A stretch of DNA of 64,000 bases, from contig JBEBFS010000002.1 in assembly GCA_040081855.1 (NCBI GenBank), positions 80,497-144,496 of the forward strand. Direction: 5' to 3'. A model generated the notes under the pieces. It had not been told where the DNA came from, did not search any database, and saw only the letters and a list, made by a program, of their open reading frames with translations. The stretch is from Bryobacteraceae bacterium (lineage in GTDB: Bacteria; Acidobacteriota; Terriglobia; Bryobacterales; Bryobacteraceae). The translations under genes and the position numbers were made by a program. Positions 39,746 to 49,318 of the stretch are shown piece by piece; position 1 is the first letter of the stretch, and each line of letters begins with the position of its first letter.

Positions 39746-40642
39746 TTGAACGCTTTCCTGAAACGTGTACGGTTGACGCTCGAAATGATCAAGTTCGAGC
39801 ATTCCGTATTTGCCCTTCCTTTCGCCCTCACCGGAGCCTTGCTCGCATGGCGCGACGCTGGATTCCTCCGCCAGGGATTATGGGCAAAGCTCGGCTGGAT
39901 CGTCGTCTGCATGGTCTCCGCGCGGAGCGTGGCCATGGCGTTCAACCGTGTTCTCGACGCCGACGTAGACGCGCTGAACCCGCGCACGAAAATGCGCCAC
40001 CTGCCAAGCGGACAGCTCTCGCGCGGCTTCGCCTGGGGCTTCATCCTTGTCTGGAGCGTCGTCTTTTCCTACGCGTCCAGCCGCTTGAACGCGCTGTGTT
40101 TCCTGCTGGCTCCGATAGCGCTGGCGGTGCTGATGTTTTACTCGTATACGAAGCGCTTCACTTCGCTATCGCACATCGTGCTCGGCTTCGCGCTTGGCAT
40201 CGCGCCGGCGGGCGCGTGGATCGCCATGCGTGGCGCGCTCGATCCGCGGATTCTGTGGCTCACCGCCGCCGTTACGCTGTGGACCGCGGGTTTCGACATC
40301 ATCTATTCCTGTCAAGATTACGAGTTCGATAGCAGCGCGCCCCTGTTCAGCATCCCGAAGCTTCTGGGCATCCCCAAAGCACTGTGGGTCTCTCGCTTGC
40401 TCCACGTCGGCATGTTACTGTGCCTACTGATGTTAGGTCTTTCCTTCCATCTGGGATTCTTAGCCTGGGTGGGTGTTGCCGCCGTGATGGGCCTGCTTTT
40501 GTGGGAGCACCGCATCGTGTGGCCGAACGATCTTTCCCGCGTGGATGCGGCCTTCTTCACCATGAACGGCTACGTCAGCGTGATATTCTTTCTATTTTGG
40601 GCCGGAGATATTCTCCTGGCCCATTCAAACCTGCTCCGGTAG
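39746..40642 (+). CDS. UbiA-family aromatic prenyltransferase (futalosine-pathway MqnP-like)
   Basis: FEHSVFALPFALTGALLA, Asp-rich NRVLDADVDALNPRT, second motif YSCQDYEFD. Adjacent to an Mqn radical SAM gene. TTG start. Confidence 0.85.
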   Translation: MNAFLKRVRLTLEMIKFEHSVFALPFALTGALLAWRDAGFLRQGLWAKLGWIVVCMVSARSVAMAFNRVLDADVDALNPRTKMRHLPSGQLSRGFAWGFILVWSVVFSYASSRLNALCFLLAPIALAVLMFYSYTKRFTSLSHIVLGFALGIAPAGAWIAMRGALDPRILWLTAAVTLWTAGFDIIYSCQDYEFDSSAPLFSIPKLLGIPKALWVSRLLHVGMLLCLLMLGLSFHLGFLAWVGVAAVMGLLLWEHRIVWPNDLSRVDAAFFTMNGYVSVIFFLFWAGDILLAHSNLLR

Positions 40643-40660
40643 CGGTAGTGAGTCCAAGCA

Positions 40661-41785
40661 ATGACACCTGTATTTCAAGATTCCCGCCTCCTGCCCATCC
40701 GCGATAAAGTTGCGGCCGGCGAGCGTTTGACAGTCGAAGATGGCATCCTGCTGTACCGGACGCCCGACCTGTTGGGCGTGGGCTGGCTGGCCAACGATGT
40801 CCGCGAGCGCTTGCACGGTAACAAGACGTTCTACAACGTCAACCGCCACATCAACCCCACCGACGTTTGCGTGGCGAGTTGCAAGTTATGCGCTTTTGGC
40901 AAGAAGGCGAAGGATCCCAAAGCGTACACGATGTCGCTGGATGAGATCTGGCATCGCGCGGGCGAAGGTTACCGGGAGGCCATCACCGAGTTTCACATCG
41001 TCGGCGGCCTGCATCCGGAGTTGACGCTCGATTGGTATTGCCAGATGCTTCGCGGCCTGAAGGAACGCTATCCACAGGTGCATCTGAAGGCGTTCACGAT
41101 GGTGGAGATTGGGTACTTCGCTCAGCGCTCAAAGATTTCACACCGTGAAGTGCTGGAGCGGCTCCGCGACGCCGGGCTCGATTCGATGCCGGGCGGCGGC
41201 GCCGAAGTTTTTTCGGAACGCGTACGACGCATCATCTGCGATCACAAAATTTCCGGCAGCGAATGGATCGACGTGGCCCGCATTGCGCACAAGATGGGCA
41301 TCCATTCCAACTGCACCATGCTCTACGGCCACATCGAGACCGAAGTGGATCGCGTGGATCACCTGGTGAAACTGCGGGCACTGCAGGACGAAACGCACGG
41401 CTTCCAGACGTTCATCCCGCTGGCGTTCCACCCGGACCACACCGCGCTCGATCACATCAGCAAGACGACAGGCTTTAACGACATCCGCGAGATCGCCGTT
41501 TCCCGCCTGATGCTCGACAACATTCCACACATCAAAGCCTACTGGGTGATGATGACGCCGAAGATCGCGCAGATCGCGCTGCGCTTTGGCGCGGACGACC
41601 TGGACGGCACCGTGGTGGAAGAGAAGATTTACAAAGACGCCGGCCGCACCAGCGAAGGCGCCATGCACCGCGGCGAATTGCTCCGCCTGATCCGCGAAGC
41701 CGGTCGCGAGCCAGTGGAACGCGACACGCTCTATCGCCCCGTGGAACGCAAGGAAGAAGAGAACGTGTTCACGGTGCTGGTATAA
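40661..41785 (+). CDS. menaquinone (futalosine pathway) radical SAM enzyme, MqnE/MqnC family
   Basis: NVNRHINPTDVCVASCKLCAF (CxxxCxxC), FHIVGGLHP, CofH/MqnC-type C-terminal half. I cannot separate MqnE from MqnC by eye. Confidence 0.8.
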   Translation: MTPVFQDSRLLPIRDKVAAGERLTVEDGILLYRTPDLLGVGWLANDVRERLHGNKTFYNVNRHINPTDVCVASCKLCAFGKKAKDPKAYTMSLDEIWHRAGEGYREAITEFHIVGGLHPELTLDWYCQMLRGLKERYPQVHLKAFTMVEIGYFAQRSKISHREVLERLRDAGLDSMPGGGAEVFSERVRRIICDHKISGSEWIDVARIAHKMGIHSNCTMLYGHIETEVDRVDHLVKLRALQDETHGFQTFIPLAFHPDHTALDHISKTTGFNDIREIAVSRLMLDNIPHIKAYWVMMTPKIAQIALRFGADDLDGTVVEEKIYKDAGRTSEGAMHRGELLRLIREAGREPVERDTLYRPVERKEEENVFTVLV

Positions 41786-41864
41786 GCTAGTTCGGGCGCC
41801 CAAAAGAAGGTTGCGATCGATAGGGTTCACGCACCTCACGTTCGTGCAGTATTTCCATTCGAGT

Positions 41865-42147
41865 TCAATAGTGATACCGGCACGCAAGGATCCGAATCCG
41901 ATCCGATAACACTTGATTACACCAACCGGTGTTCGTGATTGATTCGCCGGGACCAGCAACCGGACAACTCATGCTTTAGAGGTTCGGGCTTTCCGAGGCC
42001 CGAATAGGGATCGCGCTGTACTTCGCGTACTAGCCGGATAATTTTAAGGGCCTGTCCTCGATCTTGTGCTACCCACCAGGCAAGATCCTCAAACGCCGCG
42101 GGATCAAATTCCAAGCTTCTCAACGGCGGCATCGAGCGAGATTCCAT
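41865..42147 (-). pseudogene. yoeB: YoeB/Txe-family toxin gene disrupted by a 1-nt insertion
   Basis: Frame A gives ...[25 protein letters not shown] then TAA (41917..41919). The +1 frame continues [18 protein letters not shown]-stop (stop at 41865..41867), the canonical YoeB C-terminus. Removing one A from GTGTAATCAA restores HRLVYQVL... Confidence 0.7.
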
Positions 42148-42313
42148 CCTTGCGATTCATCGCGGCGAGAAGCCGGTGCTTCATCGTTTCTGATTTGACC
42201 AGATAAGCGGTCTCCCGTTCGGCGGCGATTTCGCGCCAGAGTTCAATGGGAACAATGACGGCGGTGGGCTCGCCAGCCTCGTTGGAAACGATCTGGATCT
42301 CAGTTTCGATCAC
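42104..42313 (-). CDS. yefM: Phd/YefM-family antitoxin
   Basis: 69-aa ORF. ...[37 protein letters not shown] resembles the YefM core and ETAYLL motif. Overlaps the start of yoeB. Confidence 0.7.
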   Translation of the reverse strand: MIETEIQIVSNEAGEPTAVIVPIELWREIAAERETAYLVKSETMKHRLLAAMNRKDGISLDAAVEKLGI

Positions 42314-42322
42314 AGCTTCAGT

Positions 42323-42940
42323 CTAACCCAGATCGGCGGCAGGTAACGCCAGAACGCGCCGCCCGTCGACGCGATACTTACCGGACACCACGAGCGTAAT
42401 TGCTTCGGAATAAATCCGATGCTCCTCGACGAGGATTCGTGCCGCGAGCGTATCCGCGGTGTCTGTGTCTTCCACTGGCACTACTGCCTGCTTGATGATA
42501 GGACCAGAATCGAGTCCTTCGTCGACAAAATGCACCGTGCATCCGGAATACTTCACGCCGTGTTCGAGCGCCTGATGCTGGACATCGAGTCCAGGAAACG
42601 CGGGCAGCAGCGACGGGTGGATGTTCAGGATCCGCATCGGAAACTCGCGAATGAAGTGGCCGCTGAGCAGGCGCATGTAGCCCGCCAGGCAAACCAAGTC
42701 CACATTGTTGCGGCGCAGCTCGGCAATTAACACGCGGTCATAGACTTCGCGATCGAGCCCCTTCGATGGAAGCGCTACCGCGTTCAAGCCGCGCTCCCGC
42801 GCAATCGCAATGCCCGGCGCGTCCGAACGATTGGAAATAACCACGGCGATCTCCGCGTTGAGGCGACCGGTCCCGATCGAATTCGCAATGGCCACGAAGT
42901 TCGAGCCCCGTCCGGATAAAAGAATCCCCAACTTGGTCAT
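42323..42940 (-). CDS. purN: phosphoribosylglycinamide formyltransferase
   Basis: LGILLSGRGSNFVAI, LAGYMRLL, NIHPSLLPAF, TVHFVDEGLDSGPII. Confidence 0.9.
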   Translation of the reverse strand: MTKLGILLSGRGSNFVAIANSIGTGRLNAEIAVVISNRSDAPGIAIARERGLNAVALPSKGLDREVYDRVLIAELRRNNVDLVCLAGYMRLLSGHFIREFPMRILNIHPSLLPAFPGLDVQHQALEHGVKYSGCTVHFVDEGLDSGPIIKQAVVPVEDTDTADTLAARILVEEHRIYSEAITLVVSGKYRVDGRRVLALPAADLG

Positions 42941-42946
42941 GCTGAT

Positions 42947-43993
42947 TTACTCGTAAACGACGCGAGCTTCTTTGGTGGTAGCGATCACAGCGCCAATTGC
43001 ATACCAGGGCTCCTTCAGCTTGTCGAGAATCTTTCCCGCCTCGGCCAGCTTGCGCGGCGAAACAACAAAGATCATGCCGATGCCCAGGTTGAAGGTCCGA
43101 CGCCAATCGTTCTCCGGTATGCGGCCGATTTTCTTCAACACTTCGAAGATCGGCAGCACAGGCCACGTGCCGAGATCGATCCGCACGCCGAGTCCCTTCG
43201 GCAAAATGCGCGGTGTGTTGTCGGTGATGCCGCCGCCGGTGATGTGCGCTGCGCCCTTCAAAATACCCGCGTCATCCAGCGCACGCAGCGGTGTCAGGTA
43301 ACTGCGGTGCAGCTTCAGCAGCTCATCGGCGACGGTGTTCTCTATTTCGGCGAGACGTGTATCCGGAGCGTGACCCGCTACTTCAAACAGTAGCTTCCGA
43401 GCCAGCGAGTAGCCGTTGGTGTGCAAGCCAGTCGAAGGCAAACCGATCAGCACATCGCCCGGGCGAATCTTTGCGCCGGTGATCATCTTTTTCTTTTCGA
43501 CCGCACCCACGATGAAGCCCGCCAGATCGTATTCGCCCGGCGGATAAAATCCCGGCATCTCCGCAGTTTCGCCGCCAATCAGGGCGCAACCATTCGCCTT
43601 GCATCCGCGAGCCATACCGGAAACTACCTCGGCGGCCACACGCGCATCCAACTTGCCCACCGAAAAATAATCCATGAAGAACAGCGGCACCGCACCCTGC
43701 ACGGCGATGTCGTTGACGCAGTGGTTCACCAGATCCTCACCCACCGTAGAGTGCTTTCCCGTGAGGAACGCCAGCTTCAACTTTGTGCCGACGCCATCGG
43801 CCGAAGAAACAAGCACGGGTTCGCGATAGCCCTTCAGCAGATAGCCGCCGCCGAAGCTGCCGATATCGGTGAGCACGTTCTTGGTGAACGTTTTCCGCGC
43901 CATTTCGCGGATAGAGCCGACGGCGCGGTCGGCCTCTTCAATACTCACACCCGCGTCTTTGTATGCGATGCCTTTACGTTTCGTAACAGCCAT
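42947..43993 (-). CDS. purM: phosphoribosylformylglycinamidine cyclo-ligase (AIR synthetase)
   Basis: YKDAGVSIEEADRAV, GGFGG-type IGSFGGGY, DGVGTKLK, GGETAEMPG, HITGGG. Starts at ATG 43993 (or 44005); the ORF extension to 44257 is not protein-like. Confidence 0.9.
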   Translation of the reverse strand: MAVTKRKGIAYKDAGVSIEEADRAVGSIREMARKTFTKNVLTDIGSFGGGYLLKGYREPVLVSSADGVGTKLKLAFLTGKHSTVGEDLVNHCVNDIAVQGAVPLFFMDYFSVGKLDARVAAEVVSGMARGCKANGCALIGGETAEMPGFYPPGEYDLAGFIVGAVEKKKMITGAKIRPGDVLIGLPSTGLHTNGYSLARKLLFEVAGHAPDTRLAEIENTVADELLKLHRSYLTPLRALDDAGILKGAAHITGGGITDNTPRILPKGLGVRIDLGTWPVLPIFEVLKKIGRIPENDWRRTFNLGIGMIFVVSPRKLAEAGKILDKLKEPWYAIGAVIATTKEARVVYE

Positions 43994-44099
43994 AGAATCT
44001 TCCATGTTACGACGCGCGGCCAGCCGCCTGCCCAGGGGCATTCGGGATATTCTGCCGGACATTCGCGCCGCAGCGGGGCGCACAGTACAATCAAAGGCG

Positions 44100-45245
44100 A
44101 TGGCTGCCCTGACCACCCTTTCCGAAGAAGAACTGCTGTTCCAATCAAGCGTCCGCAAGTTCGCCCGCGAGCGCCTGGCACCGCACGTCCGCGACATGGA
44201 CGAATCCGGCGTTTTTCGCAAAGACTTATTGCAAGAGTTCTTCAAACTGGGCATCATGGGCGTCGAAATTCCCGATGAGTTCGGCGGCCAGGGCGGAACA
44301 TTTTTTCAGACGATTCTCGTCATCGAAGAGCTATCGCGCGTAGACCCTTCGGCCGCAGTGATCGTTGATGTCCAAAACACACTTTGCATAACGGCGCTAC
44401 GAGGCTGGGGCAGCGACGATCAAAAACGCCGCTACTTACCGAAGCTTGCGGCCGATACCGTGGGTGCCTATGCTCTTTCCGAAGCGGGCTCAGGCTCGGA
44501 CGCCTTTGCGTTGACGACACGCGCGGTGGATGGCGGTGATCATTACAAACTCACCGGCCGCAAAATGTGGATTACCAATGGTGCCGAATCCGGCGTCTAT
44601 GTTGTCTTCGCCACCGTGAATCCCGAGGTTGGCTACAAAGGCATTACCGCTTTCATTGTCGAACGCGGCACGCCCGGCTTCACCGTGGGCAAGAAGGAAG
44701 ACAAACTCGGCATCCGTGCGTCATCGACCTGTGAACTCATGTTTGACGATTGCCTTGTGCCGAAGGCTAACGTGCTGGGCGAAATCGGCAAGGGTTACAA
44801 GATCGCAATCGAGACGTTGAACGAGGGCCGCATCGGCATCGCGGCGCAAATGACCGGACTCGCCCAAGGCGCGCTGGATCATTCACTCGCCTACGCCAAA
44901 CAACGCAAACAGTTCGGCAAGCCCATCGCCGAATTCCAGGGCGTTCAATTTGAACTGGCCGAGATGGCGGTGGAGATCGAAGCCTCTCGCTTGCTCACCT
45001 ACAACGCCGCTCGACTCCGCGACGCCGGCCGGCCCTTCCTCACGGAAGCAGCGATGGCAAAATATTTTGCCTCGCAAATCGCCGAACGATGCGCATCGCG
45101 AGCGGTAGAGGTGCTCGGCGGCGTCGGCTTCACCAAGGAATATCCCGTCGAAAAACTTTATCGCGATGCGAAAATTGGCCGCATCTACGAAGGCACCAGC
45201 AACATGCAGCGAGTCACCATCGCAAAGCAGATGCTCGCGAAGTAA
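44100..45245 (+). CDS. acyl-CoA dehydrogenase (short/branched-chain type)
   Basis: LSEEELLFQSSVRKFA, WITNG, GIAAQMTGLAQGALD, YEGTSNMQRVTIAKQML. ATG 44100 chosen. Confidence 0.9.
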   Translation: MAALTTLSEEELLFQSSVRKFARERLAPHVRDMDESGVFRKDLLQEFFKLGIMGVEIPDEFGGQGGTFFQTILVIEELSRVDPSAAVIVDVQNTLCITALRGWGSDDQKRRYLPKLAADTVGAYALSEAGSGSDAFALTTRAVDGGDHYKLTGRKMWITNGAESGVYVVFATVNPEVGYKGITAFIVERGTPGFTVGKKEDKLGIRASSTCELMFDDCLVPKANVLGEIGKGYKIAIETLNEGRIGIAAQMTGLAQGALDHSLAYAKQRKQFGKPIAEFQGVQFELAEMAVEIEASRLLTYNAARLRDAGRPFLTEAAMAKYFASQIAERCASRAVEVLGGVGFTKEYPVEKLYRDAKIGRIYEGTSNMQRVTIAKQMLAK

Positions 45246-46673
45246 TTACGACTTGGGCGGAATGCCCGCGAACGTCATTGCCAAATTCAGAGCGCGACGC
45301 GGATCGTAGGAGCGGATCATCGCCATTTTTTCCGCTTCGATCGACCCTTCGGCGTGCACCGCAAGAACGGCCTGATAGCCACCGTAGTTCCGCGCCGTCA
45401 GTTCGCTAATCAAATTCAACATTGCCAGACGCCGGTCGGCGGGCCATGCGCCCTGGTAGTACTTTTCCAGCACCGCGCGGATCTCAGGCGATTCCCAATC
45501 CGCATTCGCCGGGCCCGTCGCGAGCAACCCACCCGCAAGATCCTGCACGTATTCCATCGCATGATGAAAGTCGCGCGCGAACGTCCACTTCGCCATGTTC
45601 GTCGTAAACACATGTGGATAGGCGACGCCTTCTTCCACTCCACCACGCAGCGCGGCCAGTTCCGTCAATCCACGCACCGTTTCCGCATAACCGCCGAGCC
45701 ACGTCAGCTTATCTCGCACATGGCCCGCTTTATCGATTCCGTTTGCTCGGGCAATTGCAATCGCCGCGCCCAGCATCGTATCGAGCAACGGCAGCTTGTA
45801 ACTCACCGCGGTGAAGCGATGAAACTCCACGAACGTCAGCGCCGCCGCGCCCGCCAGATCGGGGCGATCCGCGAAAAACACTCGCTCCCACGGCACAAAG
45901 ACATTATCGAAGACCGTCAACGTCTCGATCATCTTGTGCTTGGTGGAAATCGGCCGGTTGAACGGATCGTCGGTTCCGTGCAAGAAATCCGACGCGTACA
46001 TTTTCAGGCCCGGAGTATTCGCGGGCACGGCAAACGCCAGTGAATACGGCTCATCTCCGGCGCCCATGCTGCGGCTGGGCAGAACGATCACCTCATCCAC
46101 ATACGGCGTGCACGACGTATGGCATTTCGCGCCGCGAACTACGATGCCATCGGCGCGTTTCTCCACCACATGCACGTACATGTCGGGATCACTCTGCTCG
46201 GAAGGCCGCTTGCTGCGATCCCCCTTCACATCCGTCTGCGCCACCGCCATCGCCAGATCGCCATCCTGGCAACGTTGATGAAATGCTTCCAAACGTGCCA
46301 GTCCCTCGGCTTCCTTATGACGAGCCAGCACTCGCCGCAGCGCAAAGAGCGCGTCGGTGCCGATCTCCTTGATCAGAATGACTAGCGTCGCGCCTTCCGT
46401 GGTACCCGCTTCTATCAACTTGCTCCGTTGCACCAAGTGATCGACATTCCGCGGCACACGATAGAAAGCCGAATACTCCTGGCCGTTTTCGCGCACGACG
46501 GCGAGTTCCTTGTACTTCGGATTCTCCGCCATCTCAAAATCAATCGCGGCGTGACGGGCCGCCACACCCAACTCCGGATGATCCGCCACGGACGCAACGC
46601 GCTCTCCGCGATAATACACCTCACGCCCGTCATTGACCCCCTCTAGGAACTGCTTCGCCGTTCTCAAGCCCAT
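45246..46673 (-). CDS. 4-hydroxyphenylacetate 3-hydroxylase / 4-hydroxybutyryl-CoA dehydratase (HpaB/AbfD) family protein
   Basis: 475 aa. DPDMYVHVVEKRADGIVVRGAKCHTS and VFDNVFVPWERVF match the AbfD/HpaB core. Confidence 0.8.
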   Translation of the reverse strand: MGLRTAKQFLEGVNDGREVYYRGERVASVADHPELGVAARHAAIDFEMAENPKYKELAVVRENGQEYSAFYRVPRNVDHLVQRSKLIEAGTTEGATLVILIKEIGTDALFALRRVLARHKEAEGLARLEAFHQRCQDGDLAMAVAQTDVKGDRSKRPSEQSDPDMYVHVVEKRADGIVVRGAKCHTSCTPYVDEVIVLPSRSMGAGDEPYSLAFAVPANTPGLKMYASDFLHGTDDPFNRPISTKHKMIETLTVFDNVFVPWERVFFADRPDLAGAAALTFVEFHRFTAVSYKLPLLDTMLGAAIAIARANGIDKAGHVRDKLTWLGGYAETVRGLTELAALRGGVEEGVAYPHVFTTNMAKWTFARDFHHAMEYVQDLAGGLLATGPANADWESPEIRAVLEKYYQGAWPADRRLAMLNLISELTARNYGGYQAVLAVHAEGSIEAEKMAMIRSYDPRRALNLAMTFAGIPPKS

Positions 46674-46677
46674 GGAT

Positions 46678-47883
46678 TCATCCTAATTCAGATTCCTTTA
46701 GTCCGCCCGATTTCACCCAAGGCACGCGCGCGCCCGCCGCAATCACCGCTCCCAACATCGCGAAGAAGAACGTCGCCAGCGCCGGCCGTTGCTGCATCGG
46801 GTAATCGATCATGCAATGCACAAACACCGCCAGCACTCCCAATCCCCAAATGGTGCGAAACGCCGGACGCACGGCCAGCACGGCAATGGCGAGCATCAAC
46901 AAGAACGCCGGCAGGCCGCCCTCTACGCCCCATTGCAGCCAATCGTTATGAGCTTGATTCACGAACGTGCCATCATCGAACCGAGCAAACGCTGGATAGG
47001 CGCTCGACCATGTCCCCAACCCGAAGCCCGTCCACGGGCGCTCTTGAATCATGGCCACGGACGATTTCACAAGGTCCAATCGCAGCGAGTACGGATTCGG
47101 CTCCTGCAAACGCTGCCAGATGGGCTGCCACCCCACGATCAAGGCGAGCAAAGCCATTGCCGTGAGGCTCCCGAAGATCGCACCCAGCGCCGTGCGATTT
47201 GCAATGAGACCGCGCATGCGGGCGATCAAGGGAATCAGCACAATCTCCGAAACACACAAAATAGTGCCCATACGCGACGCAGCTGCCACCACAGAGCCGA
47301 ACAACACGGCGACGACAAGCGTATTCTGCAGCCAGGCGCCTCCGCTTGGCGCTGCATCGCGTCCACCCAGCGCGCGCAAAACAGCCAGCGGCAAAATGGC
47401 TTCAATAAATGCCGCGTACTGGTTCTTGTAGACAAACGGCCCCAGCGTAGGCACGCCCGAGCCGGTTTCGAAAATCCAAAACGCTTTCCCAAGAGGGGAG
47501 GTCAACACCGTGAATACGGCAACAACCGACAGTGCGAGCGCAAACCACACAATTACGTTCAGGAAACGGTCCCGGGAGGAAGCATTCCGCAGGAGATCGA
47601 GGGCAACCGCAAAGACCGTCAGATTCGTCAACCAATTCAACAGCGCCTCTTCCGTGAGCGCCACATCCACCGTTGAATGCAGCGCCCATTGCAGGGCACC
47701 CAAAAGTAAGATGGCGCCGAGCAAGTAGGAAACCGGGTGCTCGCCGATGCCTTGGCCGCTTCGCATTCGCCTCACCACGCGCCATGCGCCGAGTAGCAGC
47801 ACCCCAATCTGGAACGCACTCACCGCCCAGTGTCCCGGAACCCAAAGCGTGACGATGCCGAATAGCAACAGGCCTTCGAGCAT
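46678..47883 (-). CDS. O-antigen ligase/polymerase-family membrane protein (Wzy_C domain)
   Basis: About 10 TM helices. YKNQYAAFIE and QAHNDWLQWGVEGGLPAF signature loops. Confidence 0.8.
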   Translation of the reverse strand: MLEGLLLFGIVTLWVPGHWAVSAFQIGVLLLGAWRVVRRMRSGQGIGEHPVSYLLGAILLLGALQWALHSTVDVALTEEALLNWLTNLTVFAVALDLLRNASSRDRFLNVIVWFALALSVVAVFTVLTSPLGKAFWIFETGSGVPTLGPFVYKNQYAAFIEAILPLAVLRALGGRDAAPSGGAWLQNTLVVAVLFGSVVAAASRMGTILCVSEIVLIPLIARMRGLIANRTALGAIFGSLTAMALLALIVGWQPIWQRLQEPNPYSLRLDLVKSSVAMIQERPWTGFGLGTWSSAYPAFARFDDGTFVNQAHNDWLQWGVEGGLPAFLLMLAIAVLAVRPAFRTIWGLGVLAVFVHCMIDYPMQQRPALATFFFAMLGAVIAAGARVPWVKSGGLKESELG

Positions 47884-47887
47884 CGTC

Positions 47888-49315
47888 TCAATACGCTCCT
47901 TCGCCTGAGATCACGACGACGATGGTACGAGCGAGAATATGCAGATCGAGCCATACAGACCAGTTCCGCACGTAGTAGAGATCGTACTCCACTCGAACTT
48001 TGTAACTCACCAGGTTGCGTCCGGACACTTGCCAGAGACCCGTCAACCCGGGTCGCACCTTTTTGTAAAGCGAATACCCCGCGCCGTAACGCGCAATTTC
48101 TTCTTCGACGATTGGCCGCGGACCCACCAGGCTCATCTCGCCACGGATCACATTCCACAGTTGCGGCAATTCATCCAGACTAGTGCGTCGCAACAGCCTG
48201 CCTACGGGCGTGATACGTGGATCGCGCCGCAGCTTTTGGGTAGAACTCCATTCATCGCGAAGACCTTCATCCGCTTCCAAACGCCCCGCGAGCTCATCAT
48301 CTGAGTTCACCACCATCGACCGGAATTTCCAGGCAGTGAATAAATGTCCGCCGCGTCCGCAGCGCTGTTGCCGATAAAACACCGGCCCTTTGGAATCGAG
48401 CTTAATCAGGATCGTCACCAACAAGGCGACAGGCGCGGCCGCAATGCCAATAGTGGCCACAGCGAGCAGGTCCAGCAGCCTCTTCGTAACGCTGGCGCTG
48501 CGCAGTAGCAGGCGTTGGCGGACCTCCAGCCCAAGCGTTCCGCTGAGGTCTCGCCCCTCTACCCAAAGGCTCGCGAAACCGGCGAGATCCGGGATCACGA
48601 TGACGTCGGTGAATAGCTCACTGCAGTGCTCAAACGTCTCCAGTGCGACGTGCTGCGGCGTGCCGGCCATCGTTAGCACAACGTGATGCACTCGTCCTTG
48701 ACGCGCAAGTTCCACCGCGGGCTCGGGCTGCTCAAACACGCCAATCGGCCTCAAGCCCAACGCAGGCTGCTTTTCCAGTTGCTCTGCAATGCGGTGCGCC
48801 GCGGCTCCATTACCGATTACGATGACCGGATGCCCCCACCACGGTTTGGTTGAGACCGTGGATCTGATGACCGCGCGGAGCAACGGCACCAGCACCAACG
48901 ACTGGGCCCAGGCGAGCACGAACACCCCACGCGAATACGTGGGCGCGTCTTTCATCAGAAAGACGGTGACAGCCAGCGCGGCGAACACAAAGCTGGTGGT
49001 CTTCGAGACTTTGCGCAACTCCTCCGCAGGATTGCGTCCGAAACCCGGATACAGTCCCGAGCCGGCGTATGCGATGGGAAACAGCAGAAGCACCGGCCAC
49101 AATCCAACATAAAACGCGACATCGAAGGGCCGGCCTAAATACACCCAAAGCGCAATGCTAACAGCGAAGGCCGAAGCCACGGAAATAAGATCCGCACCCA
49201 GCAGGAGCCCTGAACAAACATGCGGCTTCGCATGGAAGGCCCGCGCGCTTGACCGCGCACGCCCGCGCCCATCATGCGCATCGTGAGGAATCGGAGCTGG
49301 CTGCGGCGTGGACAT
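47888..49315 (-). CDS. undecaprenyl-phosphate hexose-1-phosphate transferase (WbaP-type priming sugar transferase)
   Basis: N-terminal TM block and a C-terminal bacterial sugar transferase domain (KDGPVFYRQQRCGRGG..., LDELPQLWNVIRGEMSLVGPRP). Confidence 0.85.
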   Translation of the reverse strand: MSTPQPAPIPHDAHDGRGRARSSARAFHAKPHVCSGLLLGADLISVASAFAVSIALWVYLGRPFDVAFYVGLWPVLLLFPIAYAGSGLYPGFGRNPAEELRKVSKTTSFVFAALAVTVFLMKDAPTYSRGVFVLAWAQSLVLVPLLRAVIRSTVSTKPWWGHPVIVIGNGAAAHRIAEQLEKQPALGLRPIGVFEQPEPAVELARQGRVHHVVLTMAGTPQHVALETFEHCSELFTDVIVIPDLAGFASLWVEGRDLSGTLGLEVRQRLLLRSASVTKRLLDLLAVATIGIAAAPVALLVTILIKLDSKGPVFYRQQRCGRGGHLFTAWKFRSMVVNSDDELAGRLEADEGLRDEWSSTQKLRRDPRITPVGRLLRRTSLDELPQLWNVIRGEMSLVGPRPIVEEEIARYGAGYSLYKKVRPGLTGLWQVSGRNLVSYKVRVEYDLYYVRNWSVWLDLHILARTIVVVISGEGAY

Positions 49316-49318
49316 AAT

